Source: Raillietiella orientalis (Eukaryota). From it: a DNA stretch of 64,000 nt. The notes beneath the pieces are model-generated. The model did no database searches. It was not told the origin of the DNA and saw only the letters and a list, made by a program, of their open reading frames with translations. The stretch spans positions 434,001 through 498,000 of the forward strand of contig JAYWIR010000051.1 of assembly GCA_036172245.1 (NCBI GenBank), given 5' to 3'. The translations under genes were made by a program, and so were the position numbers. Below, piece by piece: positions 13,639 to 22,370 of the stretch (its first letter is position 1; each line of letters starts with the position of its first letter).

Positions 13639-15789
13639 CGTCGTTGCTGCTCGAACCACCAGGCGTCTTCACCGCACCAAGATGGCCGCATCCGTCCTCA
13701 TGGGAAACCAGTCAGGGGGACTGCGAACGCGATATCCGCGCACTGACCAAATGGTCGTGCGTTTCCTTTTCGTGGCGCTCGTCCCGCACCAGGGCCCAAT
13801 GGGAGGCAGAGGGCGCCGCCCCGTTCTTCGGCGACTTCTTCGTTCTCCCGGACCGCTCTGTCGACCTCGGGCCGCCAGCACGGCGGTCGAAGGAGGAGGC
13901 ACAGGGTTCCTTCCTTCCTTCTTCCTTCTCCTCCTCTTCTCGCTCGCGTAGTGCCTCTCGGCCCGGGCAAGCGAGGGAGGCTTCGAGCCGCCTCCCTTCC
14001 CTGCTTGCCGGCGAGTCGCCGGGGACACCTTGAAGTGTCGACCGCCGTTCCAACAGGCGAAGGCCGTCCGCGGTTTCCCGAAGCGGAGGCGACGACTCGG
14101 CAGCAAAGCAGGGGGGAATCCGAGACGTCGCCTCTTCCCCGGAGACGGGAGGAAGATTCGAGTTTCCCCGGAGAAGGGAAACGGCTCGCGAAAGCCTGGA
14201 GGCACGAGCGGTCGCTGGTTGACCCCAGGCAGCCGGAACGACCTCTGCTAGAACGAGCGGCGGCGACGAGCCCCGCACGAGCGCTGCGACTCGGCGGGCG
14301 GGGGAAACACGCAAGGAGGGAGGGGGGTAGGGTGAAGGCTTCGGCAGGGGAAGCGCGTGGAGTGGGTCGTAGGGCAGGCCTCACGGTGCGCCTCAGGAGG
14401 AACGTGTCCCAGTCCGCGGACGCGACTGGAGGAGAACGGAAGGGACGCGGGTGTCGGGGCGGCGGCGACCGCCTTCCTCCGGCTCGCAGGATGGGGTGGT
14501 CACTCCCGACCGACGAAGGTTGCGGCGTGTCCCGCGGGTCCTGGGAGGCGACCGACCGGGGCGGCGACGCGTACCTGAGTCCTCTTGGTACAGATGGATG
14601 TCCTTCCTCACTTCGGTGACCACCCTCTTGAAGTCCAGGAAGTCCTGCACGGAGAAGGTCGGGATTTCCCGGATCCACGTTTCCAGCCTGTCGACGGCCG
14701 TCCCCGTTCCCTCGGCAGGAGAGTCGGCGGCGTCGGCGGCGGGCGCCATCTGCATGCCCTCCGTGCCGTACAGCGTGTCTTCCTCCTGGGGAGCAGGAAG
14801 AAAGAGAAACCCATGAGAGACCCGCCGAGACAGGAGCCTGCGCGCGCGCGGCGGACGGTTCGCTCCAGGGGAGGCGGGGCAGAGGATCTCCAGCATCACG
14901 CGGGAGGTCTCTGGCGGGAGGTCATAGAGCCCGAGGAGAGGGAAGAGGAGGGGAGAGGGGAAGGAAACTAACGGACCCTCCCCATCATCCTGGTCGCGCA
15001 AAATCCCCCCGACTCAGACGGGCAGGAAGACCCCCTCCTTTGCTCTCTCCGGCGACTGGAACTCGGGGGGGAGGAAACTCCACAGGAGACGAACCACTGC
15101 CCCTTGCCTCGGCGACCGACACGGGCACGCGAAGAGACAGTGCGGCTGCGGGTACGGAGAAGGACGGGAAAGCCGCGGGCACTGCTCGATTGCAGCCCTC
15201 CGTCGACTCGGCAACCGCAAGGATGGGGTGGGAGGGAAGGAGGTCACCCCGGCGACCGCAGTCGGAAATTTCGGCACGCGTGTATCTTTCGGCCGGGTCG
15301 CGGAGAAGCGGAGTCTATGGAAAGAGGATGGGGGACGGGGAGTGGAAGAGGAGATTCGGGGGCAGATCGGGAGGTGGGGTGGGGGCGCAGACCGTAATAG
15401 CGGGAAGCGGTGCGCTCGAAGGGCGTCTCAGGGGCCTCTCTCCCGACCTCCGAGAGGGCCGGAGACGACACGGGCCCCAACTCAACGAAAGGAATTCGGG
15501 GACCAGATCGCGCGGGAGGGTCTGCGGGAAAGAAGGCGCATGAGCCCTGCTCCTCCTCCTGATCGGCGAGATGCCCTGCGACGATGCTCGCATCGCAACG
15601 GGGCGCGCGCGCTCCGAGGCGACTCGAAGGCCGCACCTCCGGGTGCGTGAGTCGGGAAGCCCGTCCGCCTGCAATGCCAGGACCCTTCTCGCCTTCTTGG
15701 AAATCTCCCCCGCTTCCCCGAGCCGCCCGCATCCGCAGCTGCGGCGGTGGCATCTGGTTAGATCTTTTCGGAGCCTTCTGGTCGTCCAT
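7501..15789 (-). CDS. ARHGAP45: ARHGAP45 (HMHA1)/ARHGAP29/GMIP-family Rho GTPase-activating protein, 5' part (N-terminal helical region + first part of F-BAR); 8 coding exons, 3' exons not located in window
   Basis: Phase-consistent GT-AG exon chain 15789-15637, 14785-14575, 9774-9631, 9575-9491, 9383-9317, 9268-9038, 8987-8868, 7734-7501. Peptides 'RLAHVISILDAIQEKHPAL..EAARRFVVSFVREY..AVEALANRFSS' and 'EADSRLQNLEEGVEFGLRYAK..FVEKRVALEQEFSKSL' resemble the recalled HMHA1/PARG1 N-terminus and F-BAR start. The symbol is family-level; orthology to one vertebrate paralogue cannot be decided. Confidence 0.85.
8868..8987 (-). CDS. ARHGAP45/29-like exon, F-BAR (NPKVSIPLREVYCETLEHD...MFLE)
   Basis: tctttccag| acceptor, GAG|gtgagg donor, 120 nt; resembles recalled 'MPLLSIYSLALEQD'. 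Confidence 0.85.
9038..9268 (-). CDS. ARHGAP45/29-like exon, F-BAR start
   Basis: VSQMDDLEPK..GVEFGLRYAK..EKRVALEQEFSKSL..IREE; an alternative in-frame acceptor would start the exon at 9259; donor GAG|gtcgag. Confidence 0.85.
9317..9383 (-). CDS. ARHGAP45/29-like exon (AANYLVNYLSAPTPPPSPTVSK)
   Basis: tcctag| acceptor, AAG|gtattt donor; phase 2->0 bridges the flanking exons. Confidence 0.7.
9491..9575 (-). CDS. ARHGAP45/29-like exon (EYSFNG...LANRFSSR)
   Basis: 55-nt upstream intron; donor AG|gttagt; phase 1->2; resembles recalled 'ALETIAVAFSS'. Confidence 0.8.
9631..9774 (-). CDS. ARHGAP45/29-like exon (GREMDLQKTIMKRLAHV...SFVR)
   Basis: Poly-T tract + cag acceptor, donor G|gtaaag; 144 nt, phase 1->1; N-terminal helical-region similarity. 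Confidence 0.85.
11769..12390. promoter_or_regulatory. Promoter-type motif cluster inside ARHGAP intron
   Basis: NRF1-type GCGCATGCGC 11769-11778, CCAAT (ATTGG) 12270-12274, CRE TGACGTCA 12333-12340, ETS CACTTCCGG 12382-12390. Confidence 0.45.
14575..14785 (-). CDS. ARHGAP45/29-like exon (EEDTLYGTEG...IHLYQEDS)
   Basis: Acceptor ctccccag|GAG, donor TCAG|gtacgc; 211 nt, phase 0->1; strong GC3 bias. Confidence 0.8.
15637..15789 (-). CDS. ARHGAP45/29-like putative first coding exon (MDDQKAPKRS...LTHPE)
   Basis: ATG in acaATGG context; 153 nt; phase-0 donor GAG|GTGCGG matches the phase-0 acceptor of the next exon. No homology support. Confidence 0.5.
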
Positions 15790-16229
15790 TGTTTCCCGAA
15801 TGCCTTTCCATCCATCACCTTCTCCGACGTCTTCCCGCTCGTTGAAGAGTCATTGATCCGGGGAAGCTGCGATGCCATCCGGCGATTCGGCAACCGAGCA
15901 GAAGGTGCTTCCTCGCCGCTCCCGCGTCGATGAGTGGGCCGGACGCGGGGGGGGGGGAGAAGGAGGAGTGCGGGGTTATTTATGCCCCGAAGCGCACAAA
16001 AGCTGTGGCGTCAGCACTGTTGTTGCTTCTCCGTCGCGAAAGGGAACGCTCTTTGGCCTCTTTCGCAATGGACCGTTTTCTGCGCGCGGCCTTCCCCGGC
16101 AAAGAACGCAAGCGGCCCGGAAACGGCGCGGGCCGCCGCCGCGCAACCTTCGTGTGGACGCCCCGGCTCCGGGTAATGGCTGCGCAGACGAGGCGTTGTC
16201 GCCTTGGCGATCCGGGGCGAGAGCAAGAG

Positions 16230-16990
16230 ATGCACTCGTCCACCTCACGCAAGGGAGCGCCGGCATCCACCACTTCCGTGGACCCGGAAAAGGCGCGTGA
16301 GGCAGGAAGAACCTCCCTCACCGCCGCGCGCGCTGCCCTCCCTGAGGGCGCAGCACAGGGGGCGGCAGCCTTCCGGATAGATGGGGGGTCGGTGTAAAAA
16401 TCTCCGCCGCCAGGAGAAGAGGACTAGGTGAGTGGACGACGAGCCAGAACATGGACGCTGGACTCCGAGTGCGCCGCCACGAGGACTGCTGCGCTGGGGC
16501 AAGCTGCTAGGTATTCCGGAGGAAGACCTGCAGTGGCTCCCCCAGTGCTTTTGGACACCCACGTCCCCCCCTTAAAGTGGAGCAGGAGTCGGCGTGGATG
16601 CTGCTGCACTGGGGCCTAGCGTGCAACGCCCGCCGGCATCACTGGACGCGGAGTGGGGATTGGGTGGACCAGAACTGAGCCGGGTGCGGGGAACGCGAAT
16701 CCCCCTAGCCTCCTTGGACGAGCTACGGCCCACCTGCGACGCTCGGAATGACATATGCGTTCGTGTGCTGGGCCAACCACGAAAGCACACGAACGCATAT
16801 GTCGGCGCTGCGAAACACAAGATCAAAGGCTATGTCACATGTGAAATGAATGCAAGAAGCACGTTCCTCTGACAGCGACACGCCACGATGCGACTCGAGA
16901 AATCATCAGCAAGGCCGCAGTGGATGAAGCAAAGTGGAGTCTTGCTTCCGGAAACCGGAGAATGCCAGGAACCACTTGCCCCGGAACGCC
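16230..16990 (+). mobile_element. Decayed 3' fragment of Tx1/L1-like LINE (same family as 45686-46865)
   Basis: 'GRTSLTAARAAL', 'VKIS..GLGEW', 'PPRGLLRWGKLLGIP' and 'QESAWMLLHWGLACNARRHHWT..CGERES' align with the 45940-46330 translation; frameshifts and stops present. Confidence 0.8.
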
Positions 16991-16994
16991 TCGA

Positions 16995-17180
16995 ATGTAT
17001 CTCTTCCTCCGAAGCCTTCCTGTATTCATAGGATGATCCCTCGGGTCAACCTCTTACTCGAAGAGTCACAAGCACCCTCGGGAGGAGTGCAGGTGTCAAA
17101 GGGCTTCGTGAGCGCCTCCTAAGGAGCTCAGCAAACCACAAAAAAAACAAATAAAAAAGGGCTGGAAGGGAAGAGAGCAG
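16995..17180 (+). repeat. Dispersed non-coding repeat (SINE/MITE-like), copy 1
   Basis: 'ggtcaacctcttactcgaagagtcacaagcaccctcggg..gcttcgtgagcgcctcctaag' resembles 27210-27350 (+) and the reverse complement of 20300-20515. Confidence 0.6.
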
Positions 17181-18351
17181 GGAGGGGGGACATGCCCCAC
17201 TTTCCTCCGGGAGCAGCTGGGGTGTCCGCCGCAGGGCCGCCGGGTTCCGGCACAATGGACGAGAACCGCAGCAACCTCCAAAGAGAACTCACGCACGCGA
17301 AGGGCGAAACATCGAAGCGAAGCTCAAAGATTGCTCTTGAGCCGTTGAGGGCCGGAGCGCGTTGCCCAGGAACTCGCCGCCGGAAGGGAAAGCGCGTCAC
17401 TGGAAAGAACGATGCACAGCTACTCTTCCGCTTCCGGGACTCTCGCTGCTGTCCGCCGACAGCAAGCGTGACCCGTGGGCCGCGAGGTCTTGCATGACAA
17501 CGCGGAAGTGCCGAAAATGGACAAAAAAGGAAAACGCAGGAGCTCCACAGGATTCGACCCGAACGGCGGGGACCGGAAGCGCCAGGCAGCGCGCACGCCC
17601 GTCGGGAGTCGCGGAGGCTTTCAGATTTTGTTTCCCGCCACGCTGGAGGGGCGCAAGAGTTCGGACAGGAACCATCACGGAACTGGGAAGGCAAGGAGCG
17701 CCTGGAAGCAAGGAATGCTCCTGACTCAGGGTTGACGCCGAGACGGACTCCGGGTGCCAGCGCTGCCGTGAAAGACGTCCCAACCCAGCCGCGCTGCAAC
17801 GCAACGGAGACAAAAATCCCGGCATGGCAGATGCGGCAGTGGACGTTGGGGACGCGCGGCCGCTGGCTCTTCGGCTGAGGTCTGCGCCTGCGCACCCGCA
17901 CCGCACAACATTCGGAGACGAAAGCAGTCACACGTAGAGCACGCTTTGGTGTGTGAGAGCGATCCGTGGAACGCCGAAGGAGGGGAAGGGGCGCTGGAAC
18001 GGAAGATTCGGGGCGTTTCCACCAAGCGTCCTGGCTTTCCTGCACTGCAGGCGGCGACAGCAAGCAAAGTTCACAGGGAACGGCGACCGGGACTCCGCGG
18101 TCGAGAAGAAACCCCCGTGCTCGCGTGCCCACGAGACTACGTGCTGCGTGGTGCACGTGACCCGATCCGTGGCTGACACGTCCGCCACGCAGTCCTCCCA
18201 GTCGAGTGGGGATGGGCACAGCGCTATCTCCGAGAGCACTTCCCGCGTCCCATCTCTGGGAACTCGAGAGCGATTCCGACACACACACAGGGGAGAATTC
18301 GCCTGCATCCCCCCATCCACCCACCTCAAAAAAAGAGCATTCATTTGCCAG

Positions 18352-19594
18352 ACACATACATTCGCCATTGCCATGGCTTCGCAGAGGATTTCTGCGCTAG
18401 TTCGCCTATGAGGTAGGCGTTAACTCCTCACCCGTGCGAAGAATACCGGGGTCTTCCGGGCCGATCTCAACGCAGAAGCTGTGGGAACGTACGCGGCTGC
18501 CATTTTGGAGGGGGCTTGCGTGCGGGCCAGTCGCTCCGAGAGAGCAGCCCCCTCCTTGCTGGAGTCCCTCGCACAAGCCGGCCGTGCGCTTCGCAAGGGT
18601 GGCAGCGAAGCGACGCCTACGGAGACGATGACGCGCCGCAAACGCAGCTCTGGTTTTTGTGGCTCCCTGTGAAGCCAAACGCAAAACGAGGAGACTACGG
18701 AAGGGCGACTCGGTGGCCTTGGAGTTGGAAGGGGAAGACTCGGTGCCACCCCAACAGTTTCTGCCGCCGTGCCTGCATTGCGTTCTTCTTTCAGTTACGG
18801 ACAGCAGCATCCGCCCGAGAAGGAAAAGAAGAAGAATGTCGGAGCGACGCAGAAGAAGGAGAGGACGAGTGAAGATGATGAAAACGCAGGGGTAGGTGCG
18901 CCTCGCCACGATTTCGATCCCCAGAGGGAAGCTGAGGCGGCGAACTGCGGAGATCTTCCGCGGGAGCAGGGAAGGAGACCACGCTGCCGTCTCGGAGAGC
19001 CAAGGCGCTCCGCAAAGCGAGAAGACGCGAAACGCGGCTCCGGAGAAGGAAGCCGTACATATCGCCGAAGCAGGTACGTTCGTACCCGCTTCGGCGGTAC
19101 ATATACTAAAATTGGAACGATGCAGAGAAGCCGCCACTGAGGGAACCCGCGAAGCGTTGAAGAAGCACGAAGAGAGAGCCGGAATGAAGCTGAGATGCGC
19201 TCCCAGGGAAGAGTCTAAGGCACACCTCGGTTTCCATCGATCACGAGAAGGGCGATAGGACGGACGCGTGCGTTCGCGAAGGCATGGCTGAAGTGCTGAA
19301 GTGCAGCGGCGGTCGTGGCGGCGGCGAAAGTCCGACGACGACGAACGGTAAGTCTTTCGAGCACTCGGAAACGCCGTTCCCCTTCTTCCACAGGACCACA
19401 CGGACCTGCACGAGCAGAGGAACGAGACCATGGGTCCAGCCACGTTCCGATACGCGAGCTGCTGCTTCCTGACCAAGAAGAGGTGCACCCGCCCCGCGAG
19501 CACGCCTTGGACCAACCTGCGATTTATGACGGCGAGCATCAGCTGCCTTCTGAGGCCGTCCGGGAACAATTCGGCCCCCTCGAAGGTTCAATGA
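18352..19594 (+). other. Candidate small spliced gene or pseudogene, unidentified
   Basis: Clean 46-nt intron 19348-19393 (GTAAGT...ccttcttccacAG); further candidate exons 18352-18412, 18795-18891/18895, 19207-19347; GC3-biased frames, but the phases do not join cleanly. Confidence 0.3.
19082..19130 (+). pseudogene. RNU6: 3'-truncated U6 snRNA retrocopy (U6 nt ~1-49)
   Basis: GTACCCGCTTCGGCGGTACATATACTAAAATTGGAACGATGCAGAGAAG matches the U6 5' stem-loop and ACATATACTAAAATTGGAACGA core. The ACAGAGA box is mutated to GCAGAGA; the 3' half and upstream TATA are absent; flanked by direct repeat GAAGCCG. Confidence 0.9.
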
Positions 19595-20299
19595 GACTGC
19601 AGCAAGCGATTTTGCATATCGCAGACTTCGGCGCAGACGGAAGAGAAAGAAAAAAAGCCTTTGAGCGAGCCGACACTCCCCTCCCCCTCCTCTCTCCCTC
19701 TCTCAACCTGGCGATCCGGCTACTTGCAAGGAGCTCATGCGCAGTCGAACGTGCCGGGAACCCGCCGCGCGCGCGCGTGCTTTCACTTGCGGCCAGGCAG
19801 CCCTCGGACTGGACCATGGACAGCTGACTGATGCTTGAGACCCCAAGCGCCCCAACGAAAGGGCGCTGGGGCGAGTTTACTTGGGAATTCCTCGGAAGAC
19901 CTCGAGTGGGGATTCCCCGGCTCTCCTGGACACTCACACCCTTTCCCCTTCCAGTGGGGAGAGCATCTGATGCCCCCTGTGCAACGTCCTCCGACATCAC
20001 TGGGTCCGGAAGGGAAGAGCCCCCCAGAACAGCAGCTGCGGGGAACGAAAGTTCCTCCGGCACCTTCCCGCAGATTGTGTTGCCCCTGTGGGAACGTTCC
20101 GCCACGACCCTACGGACGCCTGGAGACACCCTACCGCCAGACGCATCCCTAGCATCCCTTCGCTGCTACGCGGGGTTCTGGCTGCTAGCAGCGCCGCCCT
20201 CGAGAGAGGAGAGGACGACAGGAACGCCATCCGCTTTTTGGCGCGTTTCCTGTGCATGGCGATGGCGTAGAGGTTGCCCATCGGGGATCGCGTAGCCCC

Positions 20300-20515
20300 A
20301 ACCTGCCTGCACTCTTCCAGCTTTTTCTTTGGTTCGCCAGCTGCCGAAGAACCGCCTCCTTAGAGAGAGAGAAGGGGGGGGAGGGGAAGGCGCCATGAAA
20401 CTCTTTGACGCGCCAGCCTGGAGTGCGTGTCACGCTCTTCAGATTAGAGGGATATGACCCCGGCGGGACCACCCGCTGAATCCAGAAAGGCTCCGGAGGA
20501 AGAAGTTCATTCCCT
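20300..20515 (-). repeat. Dispersed non-coding repeat, copy 2 (diverged outer extension of the left inverted repeat)
   Basis: Reverse complement resembles 16995-17180 and 27196-27350. Confidence 0.55.
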
Positions 20516-20583
20516 CTTACACTAGGGTTGCTTCTGAAGCGAATCCCGAAGGGACCGCTCCTCTTTTGCTTCTCCGAAGGGAG

Positions 20584-21032
20584 CGGAAAGGATCTGCTCC
20601 TTCTTCTTTTCCCCTCCCAGGAGAACGCCAAAGGGACGCTTTTCCCAGTTTCTCGGAAGAGTCCGTTCTCCGAAGAGAGCAGCGCGCGCTCCTTCTTAAC
20701 ACTCTGGAGAGTGGACCAGCCCCCCGCGGTGGGCAGCAACCAGCTCCGCGAGGAAGGGTCCCTCCGCGGCAGGGGGGTCGACTTCATGCCCGCGACCGGA
20801 GGGGAACCCCGCGAAGGGCTCCCGGATTCCTGGAAGGACACCGGCCTCTCTCCGGGGTCCTTCCAGGAATGGCAGCATGCATGCATGATGTAAAATGCAC
20901 GCATCGCAGGGGAGGACCGTGCAGCAGCGTTGCTTGGTTGGTTCTGCGTGTGGGAATCGCGCGCCGGTCTGTTTTTCACTCTCGAGCGTGGAGGATGCAC
21001 GGCGACACGCGTGAGGATGCTCTCAAAAATCA
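20584..21032 (+). repeat. 449-bp inverted repeat, left arm
   Basis: Reverse complement of 26747-27195; one mismatch seen (20614 vs 27165); translations match in several frames. Confidence 0.95.
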
Positions 21033-22036
21033 TCGTCGGATGGATGCAGAGGACGCCCCAAAGCAGACAGTGGTCCGTCCCCCTTCCCTATCCCCCCGAA
21101 GTTTCTTGTGAGCTTTTTTTTATTTTATTTTATTTTTGTCGGCTCCGCTCCCCTTGCTGGCTCGGCAACCCTCGCCGGTCTGCCGTGGTCCGGTTTTTCG
21201 GCAGTTTCCTTGATCAGTGACCGTGGTAGGAGCGACGGTGCTACCACGTCCACTGCCTTTGCCTGTTTACTGATTGCAAGAAACGCCCCGGAAGAGAAGG
21301 CAGCGCTCGGCAGGTCTTCCGCGGGCACCCCGCCCTTCCTCCGAGGCAGCCGTTGCGCGCGCACCTGTCGCTCCCGAAGGTGGCGTTCCCGGGCGCGGCG
21401 ACGTTTCCGAACGTTCGCCGAACTTGCTGGCAACCGACACGTTGCGGCGACCCGGGAGTATCGGGTGGACTGCGTCCTGCCTGAGAAGAGATCCCGCCGC
21501 CTGCCAGAACGCCCAAGCATCCCGACACCGAAACTGCGGTCCACCACGCCATGATTACTGCCTCCTGCTCCACGTTCCCGAGCAGAGGAAGACTTCCACG
21601 CGGGAAATTCCAGGACGCATTGACTCGCGAAGTTTCCCTCGCTCCCCCGACTTGGAACGCGGCGCAGAGCGGAAGTCGCTCTTTGTTTTTTTTTTGAGCC
21701 AAACAGATGCGGAGGAGTGCTCCGTGTGCCCTCGCGACGTACGAAGGCTGCCGGAACTCTTAAGGAAACGACGAGGTCTCCGAATTTTAAGAGATCCGAA
21801 CGAGCTGAAAAACCAGGAAGAGAAGCGAGAAGAAAAAGAAATTTTTTTTTGTTGCACGCAAACAAAAGGAAAAGTGCAGGAAAGCAGCACGAAGGATGAA
21901 GAAGTGGTCCATAAATCGAAAGACGCCTGGATTCTTCGGCGGAACGCACGCACTCCGAGCCACGGATCCCGAAGAACACGATGGTCCTTCCCGCGAGTCC
22001 TTGATGCAGCTCGCGTCTTCGCAAAGCGGAAACCCG

Positions 22037-22370
22037 CCGGAAGTCAAGTCACGTCAAGAGAAATGTCAGTGACGTCGCGGGTTCGCTCGAATGCGCGGGC
22101 AGTGCGCACCAAGATGCTGGACGAGATTGTCCTTCCACGCACGACTAAGTTCGCCCCGAATGAGGAAGACACTGGAAGTCATTTTCCGGATGAAAGGAAG
22201 GAGGAAACGCAATAGTAGAAGAAGAAATCGAGATTTTTATCGGCAGGCTGACAGAGGGTTTCAGAGGATTCGAGCTGCGGGCGCCACAGTCGCGTGCGGC
22301 TTGCAAGCGAAACGCGATTGTTGCCTCCGTCTCGGGAAGTGACGACACGCGATCGGGACTACGTCACTCA
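22037..22370. promoter_or_regulatory. Promoter-type motif cluster between the inverted repeats
   Basis: ETS CCGGAAGT 22037-22044, GTCACGTCA 22048-22056, TGACGTCG ~22070, GGAAGTGAC ~22335, GGACTACGTCAC ~22356. Confidence 0.4.

Noticed and set aside
19130..19300. Intron-containing functional U6 gene (as in some fungi)
   Set aside because: No GT after GAGAAG, no ATTAGCATGGCCCC or U6 3' half downstream, ACAGAGA mutated; the TSD explains the junction. The nearby GAAGCGTT match is too short to count.
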